64,000 bases of DNA from Squalus acanthias (lineage: Eukaryota), in NCBI GenBank assembly GCA_030390025.1, contig CM059432.1, positions 131,938,001-132,002,000 on the forward strand, given 5' to 3'. Positions 37,101 to 45,790 of the stretch are shown here, piece after piece. The translations under genes and the position numbers were made by a program. The notes under the pieces were generated by a model that did no database searches, was not told the origin of the DNA, and was given only the letters and a program-made list of their open reading frames with translations. Numbering within the stretch: position 1 is the first letter of the stretch; each line of letters opens with the position of its first letter.

Positions 37101-40100
37101 GCTCCCAGTACCTCATCCAAGTGGCATTCTTCATGCCTGAGGCTACACAGTGAGTGTTGGCAGATTATTCAACAATGGAGCTAATCACAACAAGTTCAAT
37201 CCTGTCCTTGCTTATTGTCCACACAGGTGCATTTTCCTGCAGGAGTTACAGGGTAGCAATCAGGAGCTGGAACCTTGACTCATTTTTTGCCCTCTTTAGT
37301 AAAGTGCCACTAATTGTAAGACCCCCACCACCGCCTTTGTTGAAGTTTATAGGGCAGAGAGAGTGTCCAACATATTAATACTTACTGCACTTTTGCAGAA
37401 TAATAATGTGCAGTGAACTATTAAGAAGGGACCATTTTATATTTTATTGTACAGCTCAGTTGCCATCACTACTTCAAAGCATGAGACCCAGTTGTCAATG
37501 TGAAGGAATTAAAGGAACACCTGGAACACCTGGACAATCTGGGACACCAGGGCAACAGGGACAGAGGGGATTACCTGGACACCCAGGCAGAACGGCCAGG
37601 CGAGGATACCGAGGTCTACCTGGTATGCCTGGACTACCAGGAATGAAAGGTACAATAAAGTGATGTTAATTCAGAAAACATTTCCTACAAGGTGTGCTCC
37701 GGATCACAAGCAGCTACACCGCTGGCTTTATAACTAAATAGTCACAGGTGGCTGAAAGGATGGTGGAAGCAGATTCAGTAGTTACTTTCAAAATGGAATT
37801 GGATAAATACTTGAAGGGGAGAAAGTCTGCAGGGCTATGGGGAAAGAGCAGGGGGAGTGGGACTAATTGGATAGCTCTTTCAAAGAGCTGGCACAGGCAC
37901 GATGGGCCGAGTGGCCTCTTTCTGTGCTGTATCGTTCAATGAAGTGAAAGTGAGTGCCTAGAGCAACCTTCCACTAACATTTGCCTGTCACACTTGGAGC
38001 GGTAATGTTGAATAGCTTTCATGGAGAGCTTTTGTAGTAAAGAGCTGAAAATCATTTTTTTTCAAGCGCTGTAAACTAGAGCACACTACTGTTTTATTTT
38101 GTTTAAAAGGAACACTGGCCTAGAAATTTGATGGCAATGCACCCATTTTTCAGGCGCAAAACGGGTGCCTAAGCATCCAATATGGCGGGCGTGCGTTCAT
38201 TGCCATATTGGTAAAGGCTGAAAAAGAGGTGTCGAAGGCCCTTGTCTGAAACGACCGTTAGGCCCTTTGTATATGTGAATAGGGGACCTTACCCCTGTTT
38301 CAGGATCCCTTCTCGAAGCTGGCAATGGCTGCGGTCAGGCTAACCAGGTCTACGTGTGGTCAAACCAGCAGTCCATAAAGGGGAGGCCATCACCAAAACG
38401 GCAAGTTTTAGAAAAAAATACTTACCTGAATGTGGAGTCGAAGACAGTTGCTGGCCCCTGCTCGGCCACCGCCTGATTACTTCGCCTCCCCCCCTCCTCC
38501 CTATCACTTCCACCGCTCTCCCAGGACACAGAGGCCTGAAATTGAAATCCTCTTCACCGTTGAACTGCCTGTGGTCACAGAATCCCCACAGTGCAGATAG
38601 AGGCCATTTCGGCCCATCGAGCCTGCACCGACACATATCCCACCCTATCCCCGTAACCCCAGTATTTAATCCCCCTAACACTAAGGGTCAATTTATCATA
38701 GCCAAATCAACCTAACCTGCACATCTTTGGACTGTGGGAGGAAACCGGAGCACCCGGAGGAAACCCACGCAGACACGGGGAGAATGTGCAAACTCCACAC
38801 AGACAGTCACCCGGGTCCCTGGTGCTGTGAGGCAACAGTGCTAACCACTATGCCACCGTGTTGCCTGTGGTCACCATCCACACATCTGTAATTCACCGGT
38901 CTCATGCATATAAGGCCCGAGGCCCAGTATTGGGTGTGCCTCGGACCTACCCCGTTCTGGCGCAGGGATCATTCCAATTTCTAGGCCACTGTCTTCCTTA
39001 AAAACCTGTTCATGAATAATAGTGTAGCCTGAATAATCAGGTAGGCTAAGGGCGGGTGCGTATGGCCATCCTTCTACGTCCTGTCCTCAAGCAGCTTCCC
39101 CGCCTCCTTCCTCCTCCTCCTCTTCCCCCAAACAAGCCAACTCTGGTGGGATTCCCAGAAGGACCCCCATAGAACAAATGGCTGGGCTACTTGCAACAAT
39201 GGGTCTGTTACGTCCCTCTTTCTTCTTCTATTCGTGTCTTCTTGCTGTTCCCTTTGGGGAACAGTGTGAAGTAGTGGAAGGATTCGCAGTCTGACTGGCC
39301 GCGTTAATCATTCCTTCCATGGCCGTAACCATCTTTACACCAGCCGATAGGGTGGGTAGTCCTATACAGCAGGAGGGTTTTATGGGCTCCCACAACCACA
39401 CCCACACCCACCGGATGTCAATCCAGAATTCAAAGCCGGAGCTCAGACTCCACTCGCCGGGACTGTCTGGAGTGGGGTTCGAACCCTGCACTTTCTGACT
39501 CAAGAGGCAGGAATGCTACCACTGTGCCAAAGGCTCACTCCAAAATCCCTCCTGAAGACCTCCTTCACATACAAAAGTCCTAGATAGACTCACTATCAAA
39601 TCTCAAATTCTGATGACATGCCCCAAAAACTAGGTACAAAGAATTACCTTTCTCAATTTTTAACATTAGCTGTTAGATGATGAATTGTTCAACTGAACAC
39701 ATGGGAAAAAAGTATTTTAGACTAATGAGTCCAAAGAGGTACATGAGTTTTCATTAGTCGTGCCAAATTGCGACCATTTTGTCATATAAGAAGTATATTC
39801 AGGCAAGTGAATTAGATGTAAGTAATACTGTACTGGGAAACCAAAGTTTGAAAGTTATCACAGTGTTCTGAAGTTGAAGTGTTATTTTATGTAACCAATT
39901 TTCTGCTATAACTTGTATGCAGCAGTCTTAATGTTTATCAATGTATTTAGGTGACCAGGGACTGAAAGGAATCAAAGGCATGAAAGGTGAAGAGCATCCA
40001 GGGTTACCTGGCCCACCTGGCCAAGCAGGTAAGATATAGAAAAACTTACAACTTCAAACAACTAAGAAGATACAGATAAGGTGACAGAGTGTGTTAGTGT

Positions 40101-43100
40101 CCCAACATACTGCATCAAATAGTGTATAAAGTCAGTTCATATCTGATTTTCCACACAGTAAATTCCTAATCTCGGAAGTGCTTTCACAGCAAGGTAGCCA
40201 GTGAAGTCTCGGCAGTTCTCCACACAAACCTAGAGACAAAAATCAGAAAGTCAGGCACTCTTAGCAGCCAATTATACGGTGATATTGGCAGTCTTTGAAA
40301 CATGTCCATCTTCCAGTTCTCTCAGGGTACTTCTTCTTCTTCTTCTTCTTAGGCAGTCCCTCGGAACCGAGGATGACTTGCTTCCACACTAAAAATGAGT
40401 TCTCAGGTGACTGATGAGTCCAATGCGGGACCTACAGTCTCTGTCACAGGTGGGGCAGACGGTGGTTGAAGGGGCGGGTGGGTGGGGTGCTTGGGTTGAC
40501 GTGCGCTCCTTCCGTTGTTTGTGCTTGGCTTCCGCTTGCTCCCAGCGAAGAGACTTGAGGTGTTTGGCGCCTTCCCGGATGCTTCTCCTCCACTTTGTGC
40601 GGTCTTGGGCCAGGGATTCCCAGGTGTCGGTGGGGATGTTGCACTTTTTCAAGGAGGCTTTGAGGGTGTCCTTGAAGCGCTTCCTCTGCCCACCTGGGGC
40701 TCTCTTGCCGTGTCGGAGCTCCGAGCAGAGCGCTTGATTTGGGAGTCTCGTGTCGGGCATGCGGACGATGTGGCCCATCCATCGGAGCTGATCGAGCGTG
40801 GTCAGAGCTTCGATGCTGGGGATGTTGGCCTGAGCGAGAACTCTGACGTTGGTGCGTCTATCCTGCCAATGGATTTGCAGGATCTTGCGGAGGCTGCGTT
40901 GGTGGTACCTCTCTAGTGCTTTGAGGTGCCTGCTGTACATGGTCCATGTCTCTGAAGCATACAGGAGGGCGGGTATCACTACTGCTCTGTAGACCATGAG
41001 CTTAGTGCCAGGTTTGAGGTCCTGGTCTTCAAACACTCTTTCTCAGGCATCCAAAGGCTGCACTGGCACACTGAAGTCAGTGTTGGACTTCGTCATCGAT
41101 GTCTGCCCTTGTTGACAGTAGGCTCCCGAGGTATGGAAAGTGGTCCGCGTTGTCCAAGGCCTCATCGTGGATTTTGATAATCGGGGGGGCAGTACTGTGT
41201 GGCGGGGGCAGGTTGGTAGAGGACCTTTGTCTTACGGATATTTAGTGTAAGGCCCATGCTCTCGTACGCTTCGGTGACTTCACGCTATAACTGTAGTTCT
41301 CCAGAGCAAAGCAGTTTAGCATTGATGCTGCAGTTACAGTATAAACACAGTGTGAATCTGAAGTCAGGGCCCAATCTAACACTCAATTGAAGAGGAGTGA
41401 GACTCTCCATAAAGGATAATCTTACCTCATTTCACTTTGGAGCCAGTTTGGGCCTTAGCACTCAATTTATACTCTAAGGGAGTGAATTTCCACAGGGTTC
41501 TGCTGCTCGTTCACTGTAGCTGTGGTGGAAGAGCCACGGAAACCCTGGTTTTAGTCCTGCTTTATATAAAAGAGATATTTCCCTCTCTGTCATAGTGGTT
41601 AAGAAGAGTGGAATTTCATAACTTAATCCATGGCTTGGATGAAGGAAGGTCCATACTAAACATGAAGGAAGGTCCATACTAAATCAAAGGTCCACACATT
41701 GCTGATTGACAAATGAAGGAGTTAGTGGATCCTTCATTTACAGTTGATTGCACTATTTCAGATTTATTTTCTCCTGTGCTTCAGGCTCCTTCTTTCACTC
41801 CACCACAATACATTCCCTAAATATAATAATTTTACCAGAATAAATAAATAACCTGCTAATCTGTTGCCACACAGAATCCAAAGGTTGCAGTGCAGCCATC
41901 ACATTCAGCAAACGTCTTTTAGCAGGCCTGTTTGTACTTCCAATATTTTGGGAAAATTCCGGCCCAGCAACCCTTCGACATATTACAATCAACAGTTAAA
42001 GGGAATCTCCTTGGAATCCTGATTTAAAGGGACAGAAGGAAATCATTTTTGAAGTGATGCTTTTGCATTTTTTGTTATTTTTCAGGTCGTGTTTTGCCAT
42101 CTGAATTAATGTATTTTCAGCTTTTGCTTCCAGCATTAATTTTTTCCCCCCAAATATTAGCTAATGTTTAATGTAATTTATCCCTCAGAGCATGGAGGAA
42201 ATGGTGATGTAATGAGGGATGCAGTTGATCATTAACAACATCACAGAGAAACTTACTGAACAATAACTCTTTTCAAGAGCGCTCCAGAAGATAAAAATTC
42301 TTAAAGGAGACAGGATCTGTAAAATGTCTCCCACAATATCAGTATCCATATAATCTAAGGGTTCACTATTGCATCTAACTGGAAGCTATACCAAGTGTAG
42401 TGCCCTTTTTGAGACACTGTTACCTTACTGCTTGGGAGTACCTACCCCATCACAGACTTTCATGTTTTAAGCGTTATAAAATGAAATACGGCATGACCGA
42501 GAAATCAGAAGGTACCACAGCTGGATTGGACACACTCGCTGTGTTGTCACAAACTATATCCGTCAATATTTCCGGCACACACACGATGGACCAAATGGCC
42601 TCATTCTGTGCTGTATCTGCAGGTCCTGGGATACCTAGTATAACTGTGGGAATTAGCGCCATAGGTTTAGAGTCAGCAGGGAGCCACTTGATGAATTGTA
42701 CCATTGGCTGCAAAGACACCTGCAATCAAACTGCACCAAAGGAGTGGCAATGTCAGTGCCAGGCAAAGTTACCAATACGCTCAACTTTTCTGGCTCTGGC
42801 TCTGGCTCCTTCACTGTCTAGCATTGGCATCATCTGTCAATGTACTATCCACAAATATATGGATGTATGGAACAACTGACTGATGTATCTATCAGAAGCA
42901 TATTTCGTCTAGCAACAGGAGCATGACATGGTTACCCAATGTCACTGTACTGCACATTGGCAGTGCATAGTGAAACAGAGGATAGCGGGCCCTTTACACA
43001 GCCCACCTGGTTATCCATCCGTGAATTGGCCGAAAATCGTGAAGACTGCGTAACAGGCAGGCTATCTTCTGCCTTCAGTGTGTGCTACTCTGTGCCAGGA

Positions 43101-43379
43101 GCACAAAAAAGCAAATAATTAGCCCTTTCATGTCTGTCATACATTACATGCCCAGTAATGATAACTTAACATTCGTCTGTAATTCTAGGTCTACCAGGAC
43201 TACCAGGTCCCACTGGTCATGGGTTGCCAGGAGTGGATGGGGAACCAGGAAGAAATGGAGCACCCGGCAATCCAGGGAAGCGTGGACCAGCAGGATCACC
43301 TGGGGTGTGCGATATATCCAGCTGTTATAATTCCTATAATAGTGGCCGAAATCCTTTTAACAAAGGACCAAACTTCTGA
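4141..43379 (+). CDS. COL21A1-like: 3' portion (12 coding exons) of a FACIT collagen, collagen alpha-1(XXI)-like; the 5' exons lie upstream of the window
   Basis: Twelve AG/GT-flanked exons splice in frame into Gly-X-Y repeats, a Cys-containing NC2 ([34 protein letters not shown]), a COL1 domain with two imperfections and the FACIT C-terminus [25 protein letters not shown]. This resembles human COL21A1 ...GICDPSLC...DPFRKGPNY (recalled). Orthologue versus paralogue is unresolved. Confidence 0.92.
4885..5008 (+). mobile_element. CR1 3' tail fragment
   Basis: gatcagccatgatc..gaatggcgg..tggcctactcctg matches the 3' UTR of CR1 copies at 35590 and 58420. Confidence 0.75.
5080..5720 (-). pseudogene. 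decayed PIF/Harbinger (HARBI1-like) DDE transposase
   Basis: Minus strand translates piecewise to [29 protein letters not shown] (5341-5364), [19 protein letters not shown] and [21 protein letters not shown]; possible terminus aaaatctaggcc near 6285. Confidence 0.8.
6300..6830 (+). mobile_element. highly decayed LINE RT remnant
   Basis: KAFDRVW (6366-6386) and an FVDD-like motif (~6607); heavily eroded. Confidence 0.5.
8028..8878. mobile_element. non-autonomous PIF/Harbinger element (851 bp)
   Basis: Perfect 15-bp TIR gggctggattttacc/ggtaaaatccagccc; 3-bp TSD ATA. Confidence 0.9.
10056..10270 (-). mobile_element. 5'-truncated DeuSINE (SacSINE1/AmnSINE1-like)
   Basis: Reverse complement of the Deu-like domain and tail of 32468-32888. 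Confidence 0.8.
11018..12189 (-). mobile_element. 5'-truncated Zenon-like LINE (RT, 3' UTR, A tail)
   Basis: ORF 11439..12056 with GVPQ-SVLGP and MFADD RT motifs; same 3' end as 2145-3103. Confidence 0.88.
13421..15541 (-). mobile_element. CR1 LINE (HER1-type), 5'-truncated, frameshifted ORF2
   Basis: [40 protein letters not shown] motifs; (GATTCTAT)n tail. Confidence 0.95.
16035..16515 (-). mobile_element. CR1 LINE 3' fragment
   Basis: [26 protein letters not shown] and CR1 3' UTR. Confidence 0.92.
16811..16864 (+). CDS. COL21A1-like: collagen exon, 54 bp, [18 protein letters not shown]
   Basis: ttctttgcag| acceptor, |gtagtg donor, 6 Gly-X-Y triplets. Confidence 0.95.
17388..18715 (-). 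mobile_element. CR1 LINE, 5'-truncated
   Basis: [19 protein letters not shown] motifs; near-identical to 23766-25361. Confidence 0.95.
20390..21040. repeat. polypyrimidine/polypurine low-complexity tract split by a LINE fragment
   Basis: Almost pure C/T on + at 20390-20560 and 20885-21040. Confidence 0.85.
20560..20873 (+). mobile_element. 3' fragment of the same Zenon-like LINE, inserted in a polypyrimidine tract
   Basis: Reverse complement of the 3' ends of the 2145 and 11018 copies; SWNSLP motif. Confidence 0.85.
21250..21303 (+). CDS. COL21A1-like: collagen exon, 54 bp, [18 protein letters not shown]
   Basis: ttcatttag| acceptor, |gtgagt donor. Confidence 0.95.
21402..21565. mobile_element. 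Penelope-type foldback element with a degenerate hammerhead ribozyme (minus strand, ~21463-21497)
   Basis: Imperfect inverted arms ggaaatactcagca..ctgtggaaagagaaac / gtttctctctccacag..tgctgaggatttcc; minus strand CTGATGA-aaggtca-ttgacccGAAAtgttaac. Confidence 0.7.
21580..22511 (-). mobile_element. solo LTR (932 bp), Gypsy/ERV-like
   Basis: TG...CA termini with short imperfect inverted ends, 4-bp TSD GTTA; strand is tentative (ATTAAA on minus near 21655). Confidence 0.75.
23766..25361 (-). mobile_element. CR1 LINE, 5'-truncated
   Basis: [27 protein letters not shown] motifs; (GACTCTAT)n tail. Confidence 0.95.
25798..25998. mobile_element. palindromic Harbinger-type MITE (201 bp)
   Basis: TIR ggcgtagattttcaactt/aagttgaaaatctacccc; 3-bp TSD ACT. 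Confidence 0.85.
26290..26620 (+). mobile_element. LF-SINE-like element, decayed
   Basis: ggttcctgctc..gatc..ctgaaagtg..gggtgaggacaggatc..tgtgatg..aatggcgacttgggtgaggta..gaggg blocks match the recalled LF-SINE body and the copies at 37040 and 44005. Confidence 0.65.
26881..26952 (+). CDS. COL21A1-like: collagen exon, 72 bp, [24 protein letters not shown]
   Basis: poly-T tract and tcacttacag| acceptor, |gtaggg donor, 8 triplets. Confidence 0.95.
27323..27358 (+). CDS. COL21A1-like: collagen exon, 36 bp, [12 protein letters not shown]
   Basis: attttacag| acceptor, |gtaata donor. Confidence 0.93.
27447..28912 (-). mobile_element. CR1 LINE 3' fragment split by a Harbinger MITE
   Basis: ORF 27664..27933 is CR1 ORF2 C-terminus; the sequence resumes at 28763 after the insertion. 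Confidence 0.88.
28013..28762. mobile_element. GC-rich PIF/Harbinger MITE inside CR1
   Basis: Imperfect TIR gggcacgaaatt/aatttatagctct; TSD TAA; related to 50527 and 51457 elements. Confidence 0.8.
29945..29989 (+). CDS. COL21A1-like: collagen exon, 45 bp, [15 protein letters not shown] (first Gly position is Ala)
   Basis: tctgtcatctag| acceptor, |gtaatc donor. Confidence 0.9.
30109..30141 (+). CDS. COL21A1-like: collagen exon, 33 bp, [11 protein letters not shown]
   Basis: tttctgcag| acceptor, |gtaaat donor; the incomplete triplet is completed by the Lys that starts the next exon. Confidence 0.93.
30670..32425 (+). mobile_element. PIF/Harbinger deletion derivative (1756 bp) with a Myb/SANT-like gene relic at ~30950-31160
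   Basis: Imperfect TIR ggccgtgattt/aaattccggcc; [41 protein letters not shown] resembles the Harbinger Myb/trihelix protein. Confidence 0.85.
32468..32888 (+). mobile_element. near full-length tRNA-derived DeuSINE (SacSINE1-like)
   Basis: A box tggctcagtgg, B-box-like ggttcagagcc, Deu-like domain (gctgtttgtgggagcttgctg..aaagtacttcattggctgtaaagcgctttggga), tail tataaatgcaagt. Confidence 0.85.
33170..34575 (+). mobile_element. old, AT-eroded CR1 LINE
   Basis: Eroded KAFDK-PH, FADE, RGHKFK and NSLP motifs in the expected order. Confidence 0.8.
34577..35031 (+). mobile_element. CR1 LINE 3' fragment ending about 50 nt before a collagen exon
   Basis: [16 protein letters not shown]; (TTCTTATG)n tail. 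Confidence 0.9.
35080..35226 (+). CDS. COL21A1-like: collagen exon, 147 bp, [11 protein letters not shown]...GLPGKP (end of COL2 domain)
   Basis: ataacttag| acceptor, |gtaggt donor, uninterrupted Gly-X-Y. Confidence 0.95.
35326..35380 (+). CDS. COL21A1-like: collagen NC2 exon, 55 bp, [18 protein letters not shown]
   Basis: ttctaattag| acceptor, |gtgagt phase-1 donor; amphipathic Cys-containing segment typical of FACIT NC2. Confidence 0.9.
35590..36665 (+). mobile_element. young CR1 LINE 3' fragment with an intact 303-aa RT C-terminal ORF
   Basis: ORF 35655..36566 with [20 protein letters not shown]; 3' UTR and (TTCTTATG)n tail. Confidence 0.95.
37040..37300 (-). mobile_element. LF-SINE-like element, decayed
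   Basis: Reverse complement has ggttccagctcctgattgcta..ggacaggattg..acactcactgt..atgaagaatgccacttggatgaggtact. Confidence 0.65.
37455..37649 (+). CDS. COL21A1-like: collagen exon, 195 bp, (T)[23 protein letters not shown]...GMK(G)
   Basis: ttattgtacag| acceptor, |gtacaa donor; overlaps track ORF 37406..37663. Confidence 0.95.
37746..37940 (+). mobile_element. CR1 3' end fragment
   Basis: [14 protein letters not shown] and CR1 3' UTR. Confidence 0.8.
38117..38987. mobile_element. PIF/Harbinger MITE containing an HE1 SINE
   Basis: Perfect 12-bp TIR ggcctagaaatt/aatttctaggcc; TSD ACT. Confidence 0.9.
38575..38865 (-). mobile_element. HE1-type V-SINE
   Basis: tRNA-like head (tggcatagtggttagc), V domain (gtgtggagtttgcacattctccccgtgtctgcgtgggtttcctccggg), CR1-like tail; 13-bp flanking direct repeat tgcctgtggtcac (38566-38578, 38862-38874). 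Confidence 0.9.
39225..39535 (-). mobile_element. tRNA-headed SINE-like element, body unclassified
   Basis: A box tggcacagtgg (39519-39529), B box ggttcgaacc (~39474-39485); head similar to the DeuSINE head but a different body; 3' limit uncertain. Confidence 0.65.
39951..40028 (+). CDS. COL21A1-like: collagen exon, 78 bp, (G)[25 protein letters not shown](G)
   Basis: atgtatttag| acceptor, |gtaaga donor, phase 1. Confidence 0.95.
40330..41277 (-). mobile_element. RTE-clade LINE, 5'-truncated, (GAA)n tail
   Basis: ORF 40389..41036 with [27 protein letters not shown] and terminal zinc finger [12 protein letters not shown]. Confidence 0.92.
41639..41683. repeat. 23-bp tandem duplication (atgaaggaaggtccatactaaac)
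   Basis: Two adjacent copies visible. Confidence 0.85.
43189..43379 (+). CDS. COL21A1-like: last coding exon: end of COL1 and NC1, stop TGA at 43377-43379
   Basis: aattctag| acceptor; reads (G)[14 protein letters not shown]...[29 protein letters not shown]-x4-C FACIT motif. Confidence 0.96.
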
Positions 43380-43625
43380 AGGTCTTATGAAGTTCAGTAT
43401 CTGGGAGCTGATTCCGGTCACATCATCTCATGTCTCTTTTACTTGCTGCCAAATAGGAGGAACTGTTTCTCAGGAAAAAAAAAATTGACACATCAACAAT
43501 TAGCTAATTATTACAGGTTTCAGTCTGTTATCTTGGTTTGCTACTGATTTTGGAATTTTTCAGTATAAACACTTTAAACACACAGCGTGCTGTGCATGTA
43601 TGTTTATCCCCGACGTTTTAAAAAA

Positions 43626-43631
43626 AATAAA
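43626..43631 (+). promoter_or_regulatory. candidate polyadenylation signal of the collagen gene
   Basis: First AATAAA about 250 nt after the stop, followed by T/GT-rich sequence; use is unverified. Confidence 0.4.
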
Positions 43632-43710
43632 TTTTGATAACAGCTTCATTGTTGTCAGTGTAAATAGTTCTTGCAGGGAGAAAAAAAGACTTTGTAATAT
43701 GTGGATTTTC

Positions 43711-43867
43711 GGGGGTAATTACCAACTTGGCAGCCTGAGCAATAACCTGATCACTCGCCTGTTGTAGAACCCACCTGATTTTCACCCCATTGAAATCAAC
43801 GGGAGGAAGATTGGACGGGTGATCCGTCAGATTACCGTCTGGGCAGAGAAGCTGAAAATGACGGCCG
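43711..43867. mobile_element. decayed palindromic MITE related to 25798-25998
   Basis: ggggtaattaccaactt / aagctgaaaatgacggcc ends; central ccattgaaatcaacgg. Confidence 0.6.
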
Positions 43868-44004
43868 TAGTCTTGATCATTCATCTTGAATGTTTTACCA
43901 TTTCTAATATTAATTTGAGTTTATCAATCCACTCTCACATGTATTAATTCCTGCAAAATGATTCTTTTGATATCTAAGCCTTTACAAATCCACTTCTATC
44001 CTAA

Positions 44005-44360
44005 AGGGCTCAGTTGGTAAGTGCGTTCTGTTATTAACCATACAGCATATTTACCCACTGAAGTTCACAAGTTTAAATCTAGATCTGTGCTAACTTAGCT
44101 AATGTCAACCTGGACAATAACTGGGGGTCTGAAATTAGCTTCAATATCCCTAGGCTAGGCAGTGGAGAACATCAGGGTTCCTGCTTCTGCTGAACAGGCT
44201 CGAGGGGCTGAATGGCCTTCTCTTGTTCCTATGTTCCTACTAACCAGATACGGACAGGATTGGGCTCAACTGTGAGGTCCATTGGGTAAAACTTGCTGTC
44301 TAGGCTGAGATATAAAGAAGGGCACTTGGAACAAGGTACCGGAGGGCTGACGGTGTCCAC
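44005..44360 (+). mobile_element. LF-SINE-like element with a CR1 tail inserted at ~44191-44240
   Basis: A-box-like ggctcagttggt head; ccctaggctagg, cagggttcctgct, ggacaggattgggctc, ctgtctaggct, aggtaccggaggg blocks. Confidence 0.65.
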
Positions 44361-44956
44361 TGACTCACCATTGCAACTGACAGCACTACCAAATATAAAC
44401 CTACCAGACTACATCGTTACAACTGCAACAAAGATTCATGGTCGCAGGAAGCGCATTTTTTCATCCAGTTCAGTGTGTCAGCGTATTTCATGAGGCAAAG
44501 TAGTGTCATGACGAGGATACATATGTCGCATTGAGCTGGCTCAAGTGCCTATTCCTTGGCCCACGCAAACATCCAACGGGTAGATTTTTAGATCACCTGC
44601 ACCAGTTGTGCAGGTACAGAACAGGTTCAGTGGAATCGTAAAATTAGGGGAGCAGACCGTAGACATGTTTTGCTCACGATTCCTTCTACCTACAGTTTTC
44701 CATCTGGCTGCATCTTGTATTCTACAATGCTTGAACACATTTCATGTCATAGCCGATCAATCTCCAGAATGTATGTAAGATATTCAAATAAATATCTGAA
44801 GTACTTTCTGACTGCTATACCACTACTTACCTACAAAGCCTATTCTGAATTGGCACAAGAGAAGCTCTGTGTGCGATGGACCTCTTAAAGGGAACAAGCT
44901 TTGTATGTTTTTTTTTTGTTGCAATGCTTTAATGTTTTGTTGTGTCTGCACATTGG

Positions 44957-45790
44957 GGGCTGGATTTTGCCAATGGGGAGCTTTTGGAGGCGGGACTCCC
45001 ACTTGTCAGGTTTTAGTCCCGCCTCCACTAACTTCTGGCCAACCCACGCTATTTTCCCTTGATTGACCTTGTTAAGCCCGCCCAGCGGGCTTAGCAGGCC
45101 AATTAAGGGAAAGCCGGTTACAGAGAACGTCAGCGTATGACGTTTCATCTGTCAAAAATTTTTGACAGATGAATTGTCATCGTTTGACAGCTCTGTGAAG
45201 CTGTCAAACACTGACATTCTCTGTAGTTTGATGAGTTCTTGAATTCAAGACTCATCAAACCTTTCTTTAGCAGAAATTAGATGATTGTTGCATTGGAGAA
45301 TTTAGCAGCCATCTGTCATCTCTGCCGCGGAGATGCGAGACTCTCCGCATTCCCAACTCTTGAAGCCTGCAGGAAGAAACAAAGGTAAGTAAACCTTTTC
45401 TAACACTTTTCACTTACCTCACATAATCACCTCTCCACACTTGTACCCATCACTTACTTTCACAGCGCACTTTTGCACCCATCCGACCCCTGCAGACCCA
45501 CTACTCGCCTCGGTGACCCTGGCAGGGTTCGCAGCCTTCAGGAAGCCCGCACTTGTGTGGGTAAAATGGGGATAATCCTCTTATCTGCCTGTTAACTACC
45601 TGTTAACAGGCAGTTAAGTGGTTGTAATCCCCTTCCCGCCTCCAAGGAGATGAGACCCCGACGTGGGTCGGCTACCCGCCTCCTGGCAAGATGGCACGGA
45701 GGCGGGTTTGGGGGCGGGATGGGCACCCGCCCCCAGATTCTGCCATTTTCCCAGCAGTCCCGCCTCCCCAGGGCTGGCAAGATTGCGCCC
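44957..45790. mobile_element. non-autonomous PIF/Harbinger element (834 bp), relative of 8028-8878
   Basis: Imperfect TIR gggctggattttgcca/tggcaagattgcgccc; TSD TGG; shared internal blocks. Confidence 0.85.

Noticed and set aside
39270..39335. HDV-like or twister ribozyme in the unclassified SINE body
   Set aside because: A P2-like stem, CGAA and UAA motifs are suggestive, but I could not build P1/P1.1/P3 (HDV) or P4 with both pseudoknots (twister).
43082..43488. Track ORFs 43082..43330 and 43219..43488 as separate genes
   Set aside because: Alternative frames over the last collagen exon.
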